DNA of 64,000 bases. It comes from Sphyrna mokarran. Lineage: Eukaryota. A model generated the notes under the pieces. The model did no database searches and was not told where the DNA came from. It saw only the letters and a program-made list of their open reading frames with translations. The position numbers and the translations under genes are program-made. The stretch lies in NCBI GenBank assembly GCA_024679065.1, contig JAGIQG010000043.1, positions 2,790,001 to 2,854,000 on the forward strand, in the 5' to 3' direction. Below, piece after piece: positions 1-11,700 of this stretch. Numbering within the stretch: position 1 is the stretch's first letter; each line of letters starts with the position of its first letter.

Positions 1-273
1 CAATTACAGTAGAAAATACAGACTAGAAGCTATGACGAATTAGAAGCATTGAGAGGTGAAATTGCACTGCAGGCGATATTCCATCTGAGAATCGTGGACA
101 TTAAGAGAAAGTTCATTTCCGTTTTGCTCGCCATCATAACATTGAGCCCCCAATCCACCCGAATTTGCACCGGCTCCACTTTCGGAACTCTCCTTGGAAA
201 AAGAAGAATGTTTTTGCAACTTTGTAAATCCAGGGAACACACATCTCTCTCTCTCTCTCATTTCCCTTCTCAT

Positions 274-318
274 TTAAAGTTTTGGATCCTCGTTAAAGGC
301 CAAGCGAGCATAAAGCGT
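274..318 (-). CDS. Gene A terminal exon ([14 protein letters not shown]), ITSM/ITIM-like motif
   Basis: Acceptor cacttttcatccacAG, phase 0 matching the previous exon; paralogue 54574-54618 differs by four synonymous changes and one L/F change. Confidence 0.8.
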   Translation of the reverse strand, partial: TLYARLAFNEDPKL

Positions 319-3300
319 CTGTGGATGAAAAGTGATATGTTAGCGTGATACACAGCTTTATTATAGAGACAGGTGAGACCACTGAATACCCCCAATCTTC
401 CGCCTACCCCCACTTTATTCAATCGGTTCACGGCTGTAAGGTTACTCAACTCACAGTCACCTATCAATATTGAATAATATTAATTGAATTAATCCACTCC
501 CTAATATAAATCTATCTGTCGCGCCTTTGGGAGTTCCAATTGCCCAATATTCTGTATAGCTTTTTAGTGACAAGAATTCGCCCCGCGTTCTGTGCAGAAG
601 TGTTTCGAGTTGATTCATTACTGTCACATGTTAGTATGCATTGAAATATAATGATTCTAGCCTAGTACACAGATAATGTGTACCGTGCATGGAGAATGAA
701 AGGAGAAGGTGCATATTGTAGAGTTACGGTGATAGGTAGGCTATAGAGAAAGTTCAACTTAATATGAGGTAGGTCAATTCTAATGTCTGATGGCATCAGC
801 GAAGAAGCTGTCCTTGCGTGACCTCAGAATTATATATTTTTTTCCTGAAGGAAGAAGGTGGAAAAAAACATATTCAAGGTGCTTTGGGTCCTTGATAATG
901 GTGGCTGTTTTGATAGAAACATAGAAGATACCAGCAGGGAGAGGTCATTTGGCCCTTTGAGTCTGCTCCAGCATTCATTATAATCATGACTGATCGTCCA
1001 GCCCAATCGTCTAATCCTAATTTCTCCCCATAACCTTCGCTCCCAATTGCTATATCCAGCCGCCCGTTGAATACATTCAATATTTTGGCATCGGCTACTT
1101 CCCGTGGTAATGAATTCCACAGGCTCACTGAGTGAAGAAATATCTCGTAACTTCCGTCCTAAATGGTCTGTCCCAAAACCTCAAACAGTGACCCCTGCTT
1201 CTGGACTCCCTCCACTATCGGGAACATCCTTCCTGTATCTACCCTGTTTAGCCCTGTTAGAATTTTATAGGTCTCTGTGAAATCCCCCCCTCATTCGTCT
1301 GAACTGCAGTGAAAGCCGCAGCATCATGTTGCAGCTGTACAAAACTCTAGTGCGGCCGCACTTGGAGTATTGTGTGCAGTTCTGGTCGCCACATTATAAG
1401 AAAGATGTGGAGGCATTGGAGAGGTACAGAGGAGGTTTACCAGGATGTTGCCTGGTATGGAGGGCAGGTCCTATGAAGAGAGGTTGAAGGATTTGAGGTT
1501 GTTTTCGTTAGAAAGGAGGCGGCTAAGAGGGGATCTTATTGAAGCATATAAGATGATTAGAGGTTTAGATAGGGTGGACAGTGATAGCCTTTTCCTAGGA
1601 TGGAGAAAGCTAGCACGAGGGGACACAGCTTTAAATTAAGGGGTATGAGTTATAGGACGGATATCATAGGTAGGTTCTTTACTCAAAGAGTGATTAGGGA
1701 GTGGAATGCCCTGCCTGCAGCTGTTGTAGATGCGCCAAGTTTGTGGCGTTTAAGAGGTTAATTGATAAGTATATGGAAGAGAAGGGAATGGTTTAGTTTG
1801 GAGGGGCATTGCTTTTTATTTTGGTCGGCACAACATCGAAGGCCGAAGGGCCTGTTCTGTGCTGTATTGTTCTATGTTCTAAAACAATTTTAACCTTGTC
1901 AATCTCTCCTCATACATCAATCCCGCGATTCCTGGAATGAGCCTGGTAAACTTTCGCTGCACTCCCTCCAGAGCCAGAAAATCCTTCCAAAGTGAATGCA
2001 TTTGGTATGTCTCCTGGTCTGTCCAAGACTACAAGAACTGGTCTCGTCCCATTATTCAAACTAGCCTCGTCTCTATTGACTCTGTCCTCACGTCCTGTTG
2101 CCTCGGGGAAAAACAGCCAACAGAATCACGGACTCCCCTCCCCCACGCACTCCGGACATTCTGTCTTCCACCTTCTTCCGTCGGGAAAAAGATACAAAAC
2201 TCTGAGGTCAGGTACCAACCTACTCAAGAACAGGTTCTTCCCTGCTGCTGTCAGACTTCTGAATGGATCTAACTCTCACTGAGTTGATCTTTCTCTGTAC
2301 CCGAGGTATGACTGTAGCACTATATTCTCCACTCTTTCCTTCCCAATGAACGGTATGCCTTCTCTGTATAGTGCGCAAGAAACAATACTTTTCACTGTAT
2401 CCCAATACATGTGGCAATAATAAACCGAACCTATGTACTCAATGAATGATGTACTTTGCCTGTACAGCGCTCAAGGAATAATATTTTTCACTGTATCCCA
2501 ATACATGGGACAATAATAAATCCAATCTATGTACTCTGTGAACGATATGCTTTGTGAGTATAGTGTGCAAAAACAATACTTTTCACTGTATCCCAATACA
2601 GGGATTTGAGGTTATTTTCGTTAGAAAGGAGGCGGCTAAGAGGGGACCTAATCGAAACATATAAGATGATTAGAGGTTTAGATAGGGTGGACAGTGATAG
2701 CTTTTTTCCTAGGATGGAGAAAGCTAGCACGAGGGGACACAGCTTTAAATTAAGGGGTATGAGTTATAGGACGGATATCAGAGGTAGGTTCTTTACTCAA
2801 AGAGTGATTAGGGAGTGGAATGCCCTGCCTGCAGCTGTTGTAGATGCGCCAAGTTTGTGGCGTTTAAGAGGTTAATTGATAAGTATATGGAAGAGAAGGG
2901 AATGGTTTAGTTTGGAGGGGCATTACTTTTTATATTGGTCGGCGCAACATCGAAGGCCGAAGGGCCTGTTCTGTGCTGTAGTGTTCTATGTTCTATGTTC
3001 TAATCATTAATCAAATGTACTGTACTCTACGAACAGAATGCTTTGTCTGTGTAGCGCGAAAGAAACAATTCTTTTCACTGTATCCCAATACACGTGACAA
3101 TAATAAATCAAATCAAATCAAATCAAATCAAATGTTCCACGAATGAATTAAACAAAAAAGCTAACTTGAAAGAAATTATTCGGCCTCGAAGCTGTCCCTG
3201 TCCATGGAAGCCACCAGGTTTGTCGAGGTTTTCGAGAATTTTCCGTGTTAGTAATGAATTCTAAACCGCGGATTAATAATTAATGAAAAGTATCAGTGTG

Positions 3301-6300
3301 GTATATTAAAAAAATAATTCCATTCACTCACCTCTTTATTCTGTTTGTGTTCTCTGGATTCTCTCAGTTCCTCATCACTGTTCGCGGTTCCTGTTAGAAA
3401 GGGGGATTTAAACTGAAATTTAAATGAATTAATTTCACACTGAACCCGCTCAAAAGTGTCAATATCTCGGAAATAGATGTTTGGATTGAGAGCGCCGCGG
3501 GTAACAGATTCCCCCAACAATCACTACCTCTCTGCCGGTTCCTGCATATCCTTCTTCCGGCCGCAAGGATCAATCCCAGAAGGAGAAGTGCCGCAGCCGA
3601 CAAACCCCCGGAAAACAATAAATGACAGGTGGGCGAGAACGGAGAATCTGCAAAAAAGCATTGAACTTTCAGTCAACGGAAATCAAGTGTGGAAATAATT
3701 AAACAAACAAGGATCTTGTTCAATCTAACTGTCCAATTCGACCGGAAAATGGTAAAACATTTGTACACTTTCCCTACCATGTAATAGAGTCGCACATTTA
3801 CAATAGAACGCAAGGCCAGGCAAAGAGAGATACTGACAGAGAGACTGAGGACATTTTGAATAGAGCACACAGAGAGATGGAGGGAGAGAGTGGAAGATTC
3901 AGGCAGAGAATAATCATGTCATCCCAGAGTGCAGCGGAAGACCATTCGGGCCATCGAGTCTGCACCACCCTATCCCCGTCACCTCACGTATTTACTCTGC
4001 TAATCCTCCTGACTCTCGGCTCAATTTAGCATGGCCAATCCACTTATCCCGCACACTTTGGGCACTAAGGGGCAATTTAGTATGGCCAATCCACTTAACC
4101 CGCGTATCTTTGGACACTAAAGGGCAATTTGTCATAGCTAATCTAACTAACCTACATACCTTCGATACTAAGGGGCAATTCACCATGCTTATCCACCTAA
4201 GTTACACATCTTTTGACATTAAGGACAATCTACCATAGTTGATCCACCTAGCCTTCACACCGTTTGACATCAAGGAGCAATTTAACGTAGCTGGTCCACT
4301 TAACCTACACACCCGTTGACACTAAGGGGCATGTACCATGGCTGATCCACCTAACCGACACATTCTTTGGCACTAAGGGCCAATTTAGCATGGCCAATCC
4401 ACCTAACCCTCACATCTTTGGACACAAAGGGGCAAATTAGCATGGCCAATCCACTTATCCCGCACATCTTTGGACACTAAGGGGCAATACAGCATAGCCA
4501 ATCCACTTAACCCGCATATCTTTGGACACTAAGGGGCCATTTGGCATGGCCAATCCACCTAACCTGCACATCTTTGGAATTTGTGGGACAACAGCAGCAC
4601 CCGTGGGAAGGCCAATGTAATTGAATGGGATTGAAGTACAGGGAGGCGAAGGGATGAATAAATGGTTCACTGCTGTGCTGAGATAGAGAGCGACACTCGA
4701 AATATAATCACACGTTTCAATTTTACACACTGACAGATTGGTCCCTGACCTTCGGATGCGCCATGTTGTCTTAGCCAGATACAAGAAGGGGAAGAGGATA
4801 AGAGGCCATTCGTCCTATCTCATCTATTCTGCCATCCAACATCACCATCCCTCACCATGTACATAAACTTCACTTCTCCGCTCTTCTCTTACTCATTAAT
4901 CGATCCGCTCTCACAGCTGTGTTTCAGTGATTGAACATCCATGGTTCACAACGATAGCAAAGAAGAGGCAAAATATCAGAAAATGAAACGGGGAGGATTA
5001 TGATAGGACAGTGCTGATTTAGATATTCATGGATGCCCGCAGAGACATTTGTAATTTACAAAGTTAGGCTGCTTTTAGTAAAGTGTCTCGTTATTATTAA
5101 ATGGATTGAAAAATAGTCATTGTGAATAGCTACCTTTCTGAGATGAGAAACTGTCACTGAGAATACTGTCAGTGGAGTTGACCCTAACGGCGCAGGTACA
5201 GCGAGCACCGCTTCTCCAAGTTTCCGCCGAGAGGCTGATATAACTCCTGACGGTGTAGGTCCCGTCCGGCTCCAGTGACCCTGAATCGGTCTGTCCCTCG
5301 GTATCCCGCCCCGAAACATTCCAGCGGACAGGAAAGGAATCGGGAGACACACCTCTGACCAGGCACATCAATGGGACCCTTTCCATGGCGGGAATCTCAT
5401 CCAGAGGCGGAGTGAGGAGGAATATGGAGGGAGAACCCGCTAAATCCAGCAAATGAAACGGAGAACACTCATTAATTGGTAGAACAGGACACTTTACTTG
5501 CTCTGAGATACCCACTGCAACAGAATATTAATGAGATTTACCTGTAATCACTAATTTGGAGCCATTTCCGAATATTTGGGTCATGTTCTGATAAATGCGC
5601 TTTGCACAGTAATACATCCCAGAGTCATTTATTCGGGAATCCGTAATTATTAGTGAATAAAGACGCCCATTTTCAGAAATCTGGCTGGAAAATCTCCCGT
5701 CAGCTTGGCTGTTCTTGTATGCTCTGTAAACGAAATCCATGCCGTTTCTCCCCCTCTGTCTGTACCAGTAGACATAGCCAACAGCTTGACCCTGGATGCG
5801 GCAGCTGAGATTAACAGGACTCCCCGCGGGGAGTGTCTGAACCGGCGGAAACTGGGACACGGTGACCTGAGACACTGTAACTGGGAAAGAGAAACGGAGA
5901 GCACAACAGTCACCACAGGTAATGGAGCATTCCCTGAATCCCTACAGTGCAGAAAGGGGCCAGTTGGTCCATCGAGTTTGCACTGATCACAATCCCTCCT
6001 ATCCGTATTCCGGCAATATTTTCACTGCTAATCCCTGTTACCAAGGGGCAATATAGAACAAAGGTCAAAGAACAAAACAGCACGGGAAACAGAACCTTTG
6101 GCCCAACAAGCCGCGCCGCCACTCCGATGTTTCCACTTCTACCCGTTATCCCTGTCTTTGTTTATAGATCTATGGATTAAAAACCAAATGTGAGACAATT
6201 TAGGGAGAATTTGTTTTGCCAATCCCTTGTTAGACAAGTTAGACCAAATCACCCGTAGGATAAAAACAAGCACATCAATATCATCATCTATTTACACACT

Positions 6301-7484
6301 TCCCAGGGACTCCCAAGGCTCATGATCCCTATTTTAAATCAGTTTTCTATACCCCTACATTCCCATTCTGTTCATGTGCCCATGTAAGGTTCTCTTAAAT
6401 AACTCCAGAGTGCCTGCCTCCACCACTTTACTTGGCAGCGCATTCCATACCCCCACCACCCTCTGTGTGAAAAAAAGCTCCCTCGAGCATCCAAATTATA
6501 CGTTACCCCACTTACCCTTTTCCCGTGACCCCTCGTGCTATTCGAGTCCATCCTAGGAAAAAAACTTAACTCTGTTTACTGTATCTATACCTCTCATAAT
6601 CTTGCACACCTCTATTAGATCTCCTCTAAGTCTATAGCGTGGCCATTCAAACTAACTCACGCATCTTTGGACTTTTGGGGGAAGAGGAGCACTCGGAGGA
6701 AACCCACGCAGACACGGGGAGAACGTGCAACTTCTGCACGGGAATCCAAGCCTGGCGCTGTGCTGTGGCAATGTTAACCCACCGCTGAGATGTTCCAGCA
6801 CTTCCTAATTTTGCTTCGAGTCTTCTCCTCCTCAGTTGACTTTGGGAGCTAAAGTCTGTTCAGAAATTTATAACTGACTCTGAAGTTCTACTTGAAAATC
6901 TTTCTCTTTCATGTCGCCAATATTGTTAAGGAAGCCCATTCACACAACATAGCTCAGGAGAAATGGAAAATCAGATTAATTCCGTTCTAATCATTGTTAT
7001 GAATCGACCTTGCATTTTCTCAGTAACATTTGATTCATTGTTAAGTAAAACTTGCACGCTAAATCACAACTTATAGCACTGCTGAAGCGCGGGGTGAGAG
7101 GACCTTCGGCCCTTCCAATTTGTGTTGAACTTGTGAAAGATGTCACTAATATTATTGAATTTCACCCCTTTATATTTGTATTCAGTTCGCCCATTTTGAA
7201 AGTTCCGTTTCACCCGTTTGAAAGTTCCTGTTGGATCTGCTTCCTCCACCCCTTGAGGCAAAACCTTCCAGATCACAACAGGTCAGATGGGTTAAAAAAA
7301 ATCCCCTAATCTCCCTCTCTACTTTTACCAAATTCATATTCCCTTGGTTTCCAGAAACTCCTGCCAACAGAATCAATTTCTGCCTCTTCGCTCTATCCAA
7401 ATCCTTCTCCACTCTATCTGAATATAATGAGGATATCTCACCCTGGAAGAGATGGAACAATGCACAGATACCGAGGAAACCCAT
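274..7484 (-). CDS. Gene A: non-rearranging VJ-C1-TM-cytoplasmic IgSF receptor (type 1), 6 exons, ~303 aa, intact
   Basis: Exons 7442-7484, 5542-5880, 5134-5439, 3528-3647, 3332-3390 and 274-318 all have GT-AG boundaries. Intron phases are 1,1,1,1,0 and the total is 912 nt with no internal stop. Every exon recurs at identical length in paralogue B. Confidence 0.85.
1315..1880 (+). mobile_element. CR1-type LINE 3' fragment nested in an older minus-strand CR1 remnant
   Basis: [32 protein letters not shown]2 C-terminus and ttctatg tail; the site is empty in copy 2 (~55590). Confidence 0.9.
2600..3001 (+). mobile_element. CR1-type LINE 3' fragment
   Basis: [19 protein letters not shown] and (ttctatg)n tail; absent from copy 2. 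Confidence 0.9.
3332..3390 (-). CDS. Gene A cytoplasmic exon 1 ([20 protein letters not shown])
   Basis: Acceptor ccccctttctaacAG, donor GAG|GTGAGT; identical peptide at 56659-56717. Confidence 0.8.
3528..3647 (-). CDS. Gene A stalk/transmembrane exon ([40 protein letters not shown])
   Basis: Acceptor cttttttgcAG, 120 bp, uncharged hydrophobic run followed by basic stop-transfer residues; conserved at 56857-56976. Confidence 0.85.
3915..4590 (-). repeat. HE1-like SINE with expanded ~51-bp internal minisatellite (about 11 units)
   Basis: Unit catggccaatccacctaacccgcacatctttggacactaaggggcaatttag; related arrays at ~9480-9700, 18140-18540, 34760-34980, 57350-57750 and 63060-63320. Confidence 0.8.
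5134..5439 (-). CDS. Gene A C1-set Ig domain exon
   Basis: Motifs [36 protein letters not shown]; 306 bp, phase 1/1; 102-bp intron from V. Confidence 0.95.
5542..5880 (-). CDS. Gene A germline-joined VJ exon (V-set Ig domain with FGNG J motif)
   Basis: Acceptor tttctctttcccAG; motifs LSC, WYRQ, DSGMYYC and [10 protein letters not shown] in one exon; donor G|GTAAAT. Confidence 0.95.
7442..7484 (-). CDS. Gene A leader exon ([14 protein letters not shown])
   Basis: ATG at 7484, hydrophobic stretch, CAG G|GTGAGA phase-1 donor; conserved at 61313-61355. Confidence 0.85.
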
Positions 7485-7645
7485 TGTCCTTGAGCGAGAC
7501 CGTGAGACTCTGAGCCCTTGGTCAAAATTTCACTGAGAACCCGCTCTTGTTCTCTCTGTGTGGGGGTGTAGTGGAATGCACGCACTGTGTACATGAATGA
7601 CAACACGACAGGGGTTTGAAAATAGAACCGAGGTAGAGAGCTCTC

Positions 7646-7660
7646 TGCGGTTTTCCTGTT
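7646..7660 (-). promoter_or_regulatory. Adjacent ETS + RUNX motifs ~165 bp upstream of the gene A ATG
   Basis: Minus strand AACAGGAAAACCGCA; identical at 61515-61529 upstream of gene B. Confidence 0.35.
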
Positions 7661-8079
7661 TACTACGGGTCCAGTGCTGGCGAGCATTCGGCATGTTCTC
7701 CAAATTGCCTCAAATGTCTCACTCACATCAGTTACACCGGACATGGAGTGCAGAGCACCGCTTTTCCGAATCTGGTAAGGATTCCTAGGTGGTGGAAAAG
7801 ATGCAGTTAACATTTCACAACGAATGATACCAGAAATGAGAGTGTGCCACTGTCAGTGAGTCTTGAAGAGGTTGGAGCTCTTTATCTCTGAAAGAAAAAT
7901 AGAAAATTGAGGGCTGATCCCCTGAAATATTTGCAATTATGAAATGGTTCAACAAGGCAGAAGTAGGATTCCAAAATATTGCAGGATGAGTTTGTCGCTT
8001 AGCAGGAATTCAGGACCAAAATGTAAGTTGGAAGAATGGGGGAAATATAGAACTCGATTGCATAGGGAATACTTTTGAT

Positions 8080-8720
8080 TTAATTTAATTTGATTTGATT
8101 TATTATTGTCACATGTATTGGGATGCTGTGAAAAGTATTGTTTCTTGCGCTCTGCACAGACGAAGCATACCGTTCATAGAGTACATAGATTTGATTTATT
8201 ATTGTCACATGTATTGGGATATAGTGAAAAGCTTTGTTTCTCGTGCGTTGCACAGACAAGCATACCATTCATAGAGTGTATAGATTTGATTTATTATTAT
8301 CACATATATTGGGGCACAGTAAAAATTATACCTTCTTGCATGCGTACACAGACAAAACATACCGTTCATAGAGTATATAGATTTGATTTATTACTGGCAC
8401 ATGTATTGGGATACTGTGAAAAGTATTGCTTCTTGCGCACTATACAGACAAAGTATACCATTCATAGAGTGAATAGATTTGATTTGTTTTTGTCACATGT
8501 ATTGGCATACAGTGAAAAGTATTGTTCTTTTCACGGTATGCAGACAAAGCACACGATTCAGAGTACATTGATTTAATGTATTATTGTGACATGTACTGGG
8601 ATACAGTGAAAAGTATTAGTTCTTGCGCACTATGCAAACAAAGCATACCTTTCATAGAGAAGGAAAGGTGATGGTAGTGTCAGAATCATCGCCAGGCTGT
8701 AGAGAAAGTTCAATTTAATG
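8080..8720 (-). repeat. ~96-bp tandem array (about 6 units) derived from a Rex1/L2-type LINE 3' UTR
   Basis: Repeated gatttgatttattattgtcacatgtattgggatacagtgaaaagtattg; about 3 units at 61960-62230. Confidence 0.8.
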
Positions 8721-11700
8721 CAGTGTGGGCCCATTTTTCGTTGGATAGTAATTCACGTGACAATAATAAATCAAACCAAATCAAACTAAAATCTGCCAAT
8801 TAATTAAAAGTCGCACTCTTGAAGTCGTTCTGATTATGGCGTTAGTTGCCCCATTTTCCACCTCACGTCCACTTGAGACAAATGACAAAGATGTATTTTA
8901 ACTGGGCAGCTGGATAGACACCAATGAGAGAAAGGAGTAGAAGGACATATTGATGGAATGATAGAAAGAAGGAATGGGGTACCTCTGGAACATTGACAGC
9001 AGCTGATAGGCCGAATGGTGTAAAACTGTTCTGTGCATTTTATGTATTTGTGTTAGAAAAACATGAAATCAAAGCCACGCTTCGATACTCTGATATGTGA
9101 ACGGTTATTGCTGCCTCTATGCTTTACCTGGGTTGCAAAAGGGCATGGTCCGCAATATTTCAGATAGATTACAGTCGCCTAGCTTAATGTCAAGCCTGGC
9201 ACGAACACAGGATGCCCCCAGGTTCTTGGTAGTCGGTGGGATGTCTTTACTAGTGCACTTACTATTGAAATGGAGGAGATTCAGTCAGGTTCACGCGAAA
9301 CGGGATGCTGAAAATTGACAATTGATAAAGCTTGGATAAATTAACTTATAGAACCATAAAACTCCTATAATACAGAAGGAGGACCATTCATCCCATTGAG
9401 CCTGCACAACCAGCAAACCCACCCCGGCGTTATCGCCGTGACCCCACATAGTTAGCCTGCTAATTCCCCTGACACTAAAAGTCATTTTAGCATGGCCGAT
9501 CTACCAAACCTGCACATCTTTATCCACTAAGGCACAATTTAGCATGGCCAATCCGGCATCCTGAACATTTTTGGAAAGTTAGGGCCAATTTAGCGTGGCC
9601 AATCAACTGAGCATAGCCAATCAGACAACCGGCACATATTTGGCCACTTAAGGGGCAATTTTGCACGACCAATCCAGAATATCTATACATCTTTGGATAC
9701 TAGGCCTAATAGAGATGTTTAAAATTATGAAGGGCATTGATAGGGTGAACTGTTGAAAGGTTTTTCCCAAGTCGGAGGTGACGAGCACAAGGGGTCACAA
9801 GTTCAAGCTGAGAGGAAGGGGGACGGCAAGGTTCAACACAGATGTCAAGGGGACGAATTTTACACAGGGTGTGATGGGGGCCTGGAATGCACTGCCAAGC
9901 AAGGTGGTTGAGGCGGACACGCTGGGATCGTTTAAGACTTATCTAGATAGCCACATGACCAGACTGGGAATAGAGGGATACCAACAAATTGTCTAATTGG
10001 GCGCACAAACAGCGCAGGTTTGGATGGCTGAAGGGCCTGTTCCTGTGCTGTACTGTTCTTTGATCTAAGGGGCAATTAAGCATGATCCATCAACCTAACC
10101 AGCACATTGTTGGACGTTGGAATTTAAACTTACAGTGTTCTAATTTACAGATCCTGTCCCAGGTCCCTCAATCGCCATTTCTATTAATTTGTGTTGCTTC
10201 ATTTGACAAATCCTCTTAAATCAATGCCATGCGACTCTCGGTATTTTGCCTTTTCATCAATATGGTATTCGTTCTTTTTTTACAGAAATGACAAATGATG
10301 ATTGAACACAGAAACAGACAAGGTTCTAAACTCAAAAATAAATAAAAATAACAGGATTTGTTCTATTTAAGCTAATCTACGTCCTTTATCTGAATATAGG
10401 TTTTCTTAATATAGGGAGAGTAATATTGTTTATTTATTATTGTGCTTCTAGAAAGCCAGCATACCCTTTACTCTGAAAAAAACTTCCTTTGCATGAAAAA
10501 CACGCCTATTTAAGTAGCAACTGCCTTGTTACTTGTTCTCTACACAGCTTAGTAGTGGCACTTGGTTTCGACTGTATGATGATCAGTTGACATTCTTGAG
10601 TAACCATTTACCAAGTGGTGGTAATTATAGGACGGAGGTAGGTTCTCTACTCACAGGGTAATAAGGGCGTGGAATGCCCTGCCTGCAGCAGTTGTGGACT
10701 CGCCAACTTTAAGGGCGTTCAAATGGCCAGTGGATAGACATATGAATAACATTGGAATAGTTTAGGTTAGCGGGTCATTAGATGGTTCCACTGGTCGCCG
10801 CAACATCGAGGGCCAAAGGGCCTGTACTACGCTGTAATGTTCTACATTCTATGTTCTATGTCCGACGTTCTATTACTGATTAATCTGTGTATTTGGGCAC
10901 AGTACATTTGGTCCCCAACTCCTAATAATCTACCATTGATTCCTTGAACGATAAAGTTGCCTTGTGATGAGAGACTGAAAAAATATGTTAAATTCTCCGT
11001 AGAACAGGAAAATGAGACTTTGACGCATTGAAACACAATATTTTGAAAGATGGGTGACATGCCAGATCCGAAAGACTTTGATTCCCCCTTGGCTGGAAAA
11101 TATGTCACATAACCTCAGGATAAAGAAATTGCCATTTCAGAATGAGAGGAGAAGAATTTTCTGTGCCTAGAGGATAATGGATCTTTGGGATCCACCCAAG
11201 TGACCTGTCGATATTCAGTCACTCATAGCCTGACCCCTGGTCCTGTGAGACAGCGGTGCTATCCACTGTGTCACCATGCCGCCCAGGAACGTAGTCAATG
11301 GAGTAAAAGTCAACGGTGACTGGAACAAACAGGATCAATGAATGTAATGCTATTACTGGAAAATAGGGGCTCAAACTATGGATCAAACATCTAGGCTCAA
11401 AATTCAAATGTGTAAAATGTAATTTGTGTAAAAAGTATTTTGAGTCGGAGCTATTCGCTCTGTTGTGAAACAAGAAACTAGTTAGTATTTTAAAGTCACG
11501 AATATTAGAGGAACATTTATTCAAATGTTCCAATTAGACATCCCAGTAGAATCAGCCGCTTTAGTGAAACAAAGCCCTAATAAGGATACAGTTTGGAACA
11601 CGGTTTTCTGTGATATTTACAGTAAAGCGTCAACATGCACCGCCCCAACAGACCGAACACACTTATAAACTGCCAGTGGATAAAATCTTTCATTTTTGGG

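Larger units (their letters stand above)
1..10395 (+). repeat. Segmental duplication copy 1 (homologous to 54286-64000)
   Basis: Colinear similarity through exons, introns and shared old repeats; caattacagtagaaaat occurs at 1 and 54286, and the window end matches ~10358-10395. Confidence 0.93.

Noticed and set aside
30-348. Overlapping 70-99 aa ORFs at the window start and their paralogues at 54128-54719
   Set aside because: No domain signal and stops differ between copies; better explained as the terminal exon and 3' UTR of A and B
3166-3260. Possible extra cytoplasmic exon 71 bp after exon 3332-3390
   Set aside because: Poor pyrimidine tract, immediate stop in paralogue B, and phase incompatible with the terminal exon
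4750-4770. Possible mini-exon in the C1-TM intron of gene A
   Set aside because: 20 nt shifts the frame and the GT donor is absent in B
5117-5133. Secreted VJ-C1 isoform by read-through of the C1 donor (GSYSQ*)
   Set aside because: No canonical poly(A) signal seen nearby; cannot be supported without transcripts
5604-5612. Cryptic heptamer TACTGTG at the YYC codons of all three V exons
   Set aside because: It is forced by Tyr-Cys-Ala codons, I saw no nonamer, and it is common to V genes
5528-5875. Calling the genes rearranging TCR or Ig light-chain segments
   Set aside because: V and J are fused with no RSS. C1 is followed by a TM without TCR charged residues (type 1) and by YxxL tails.
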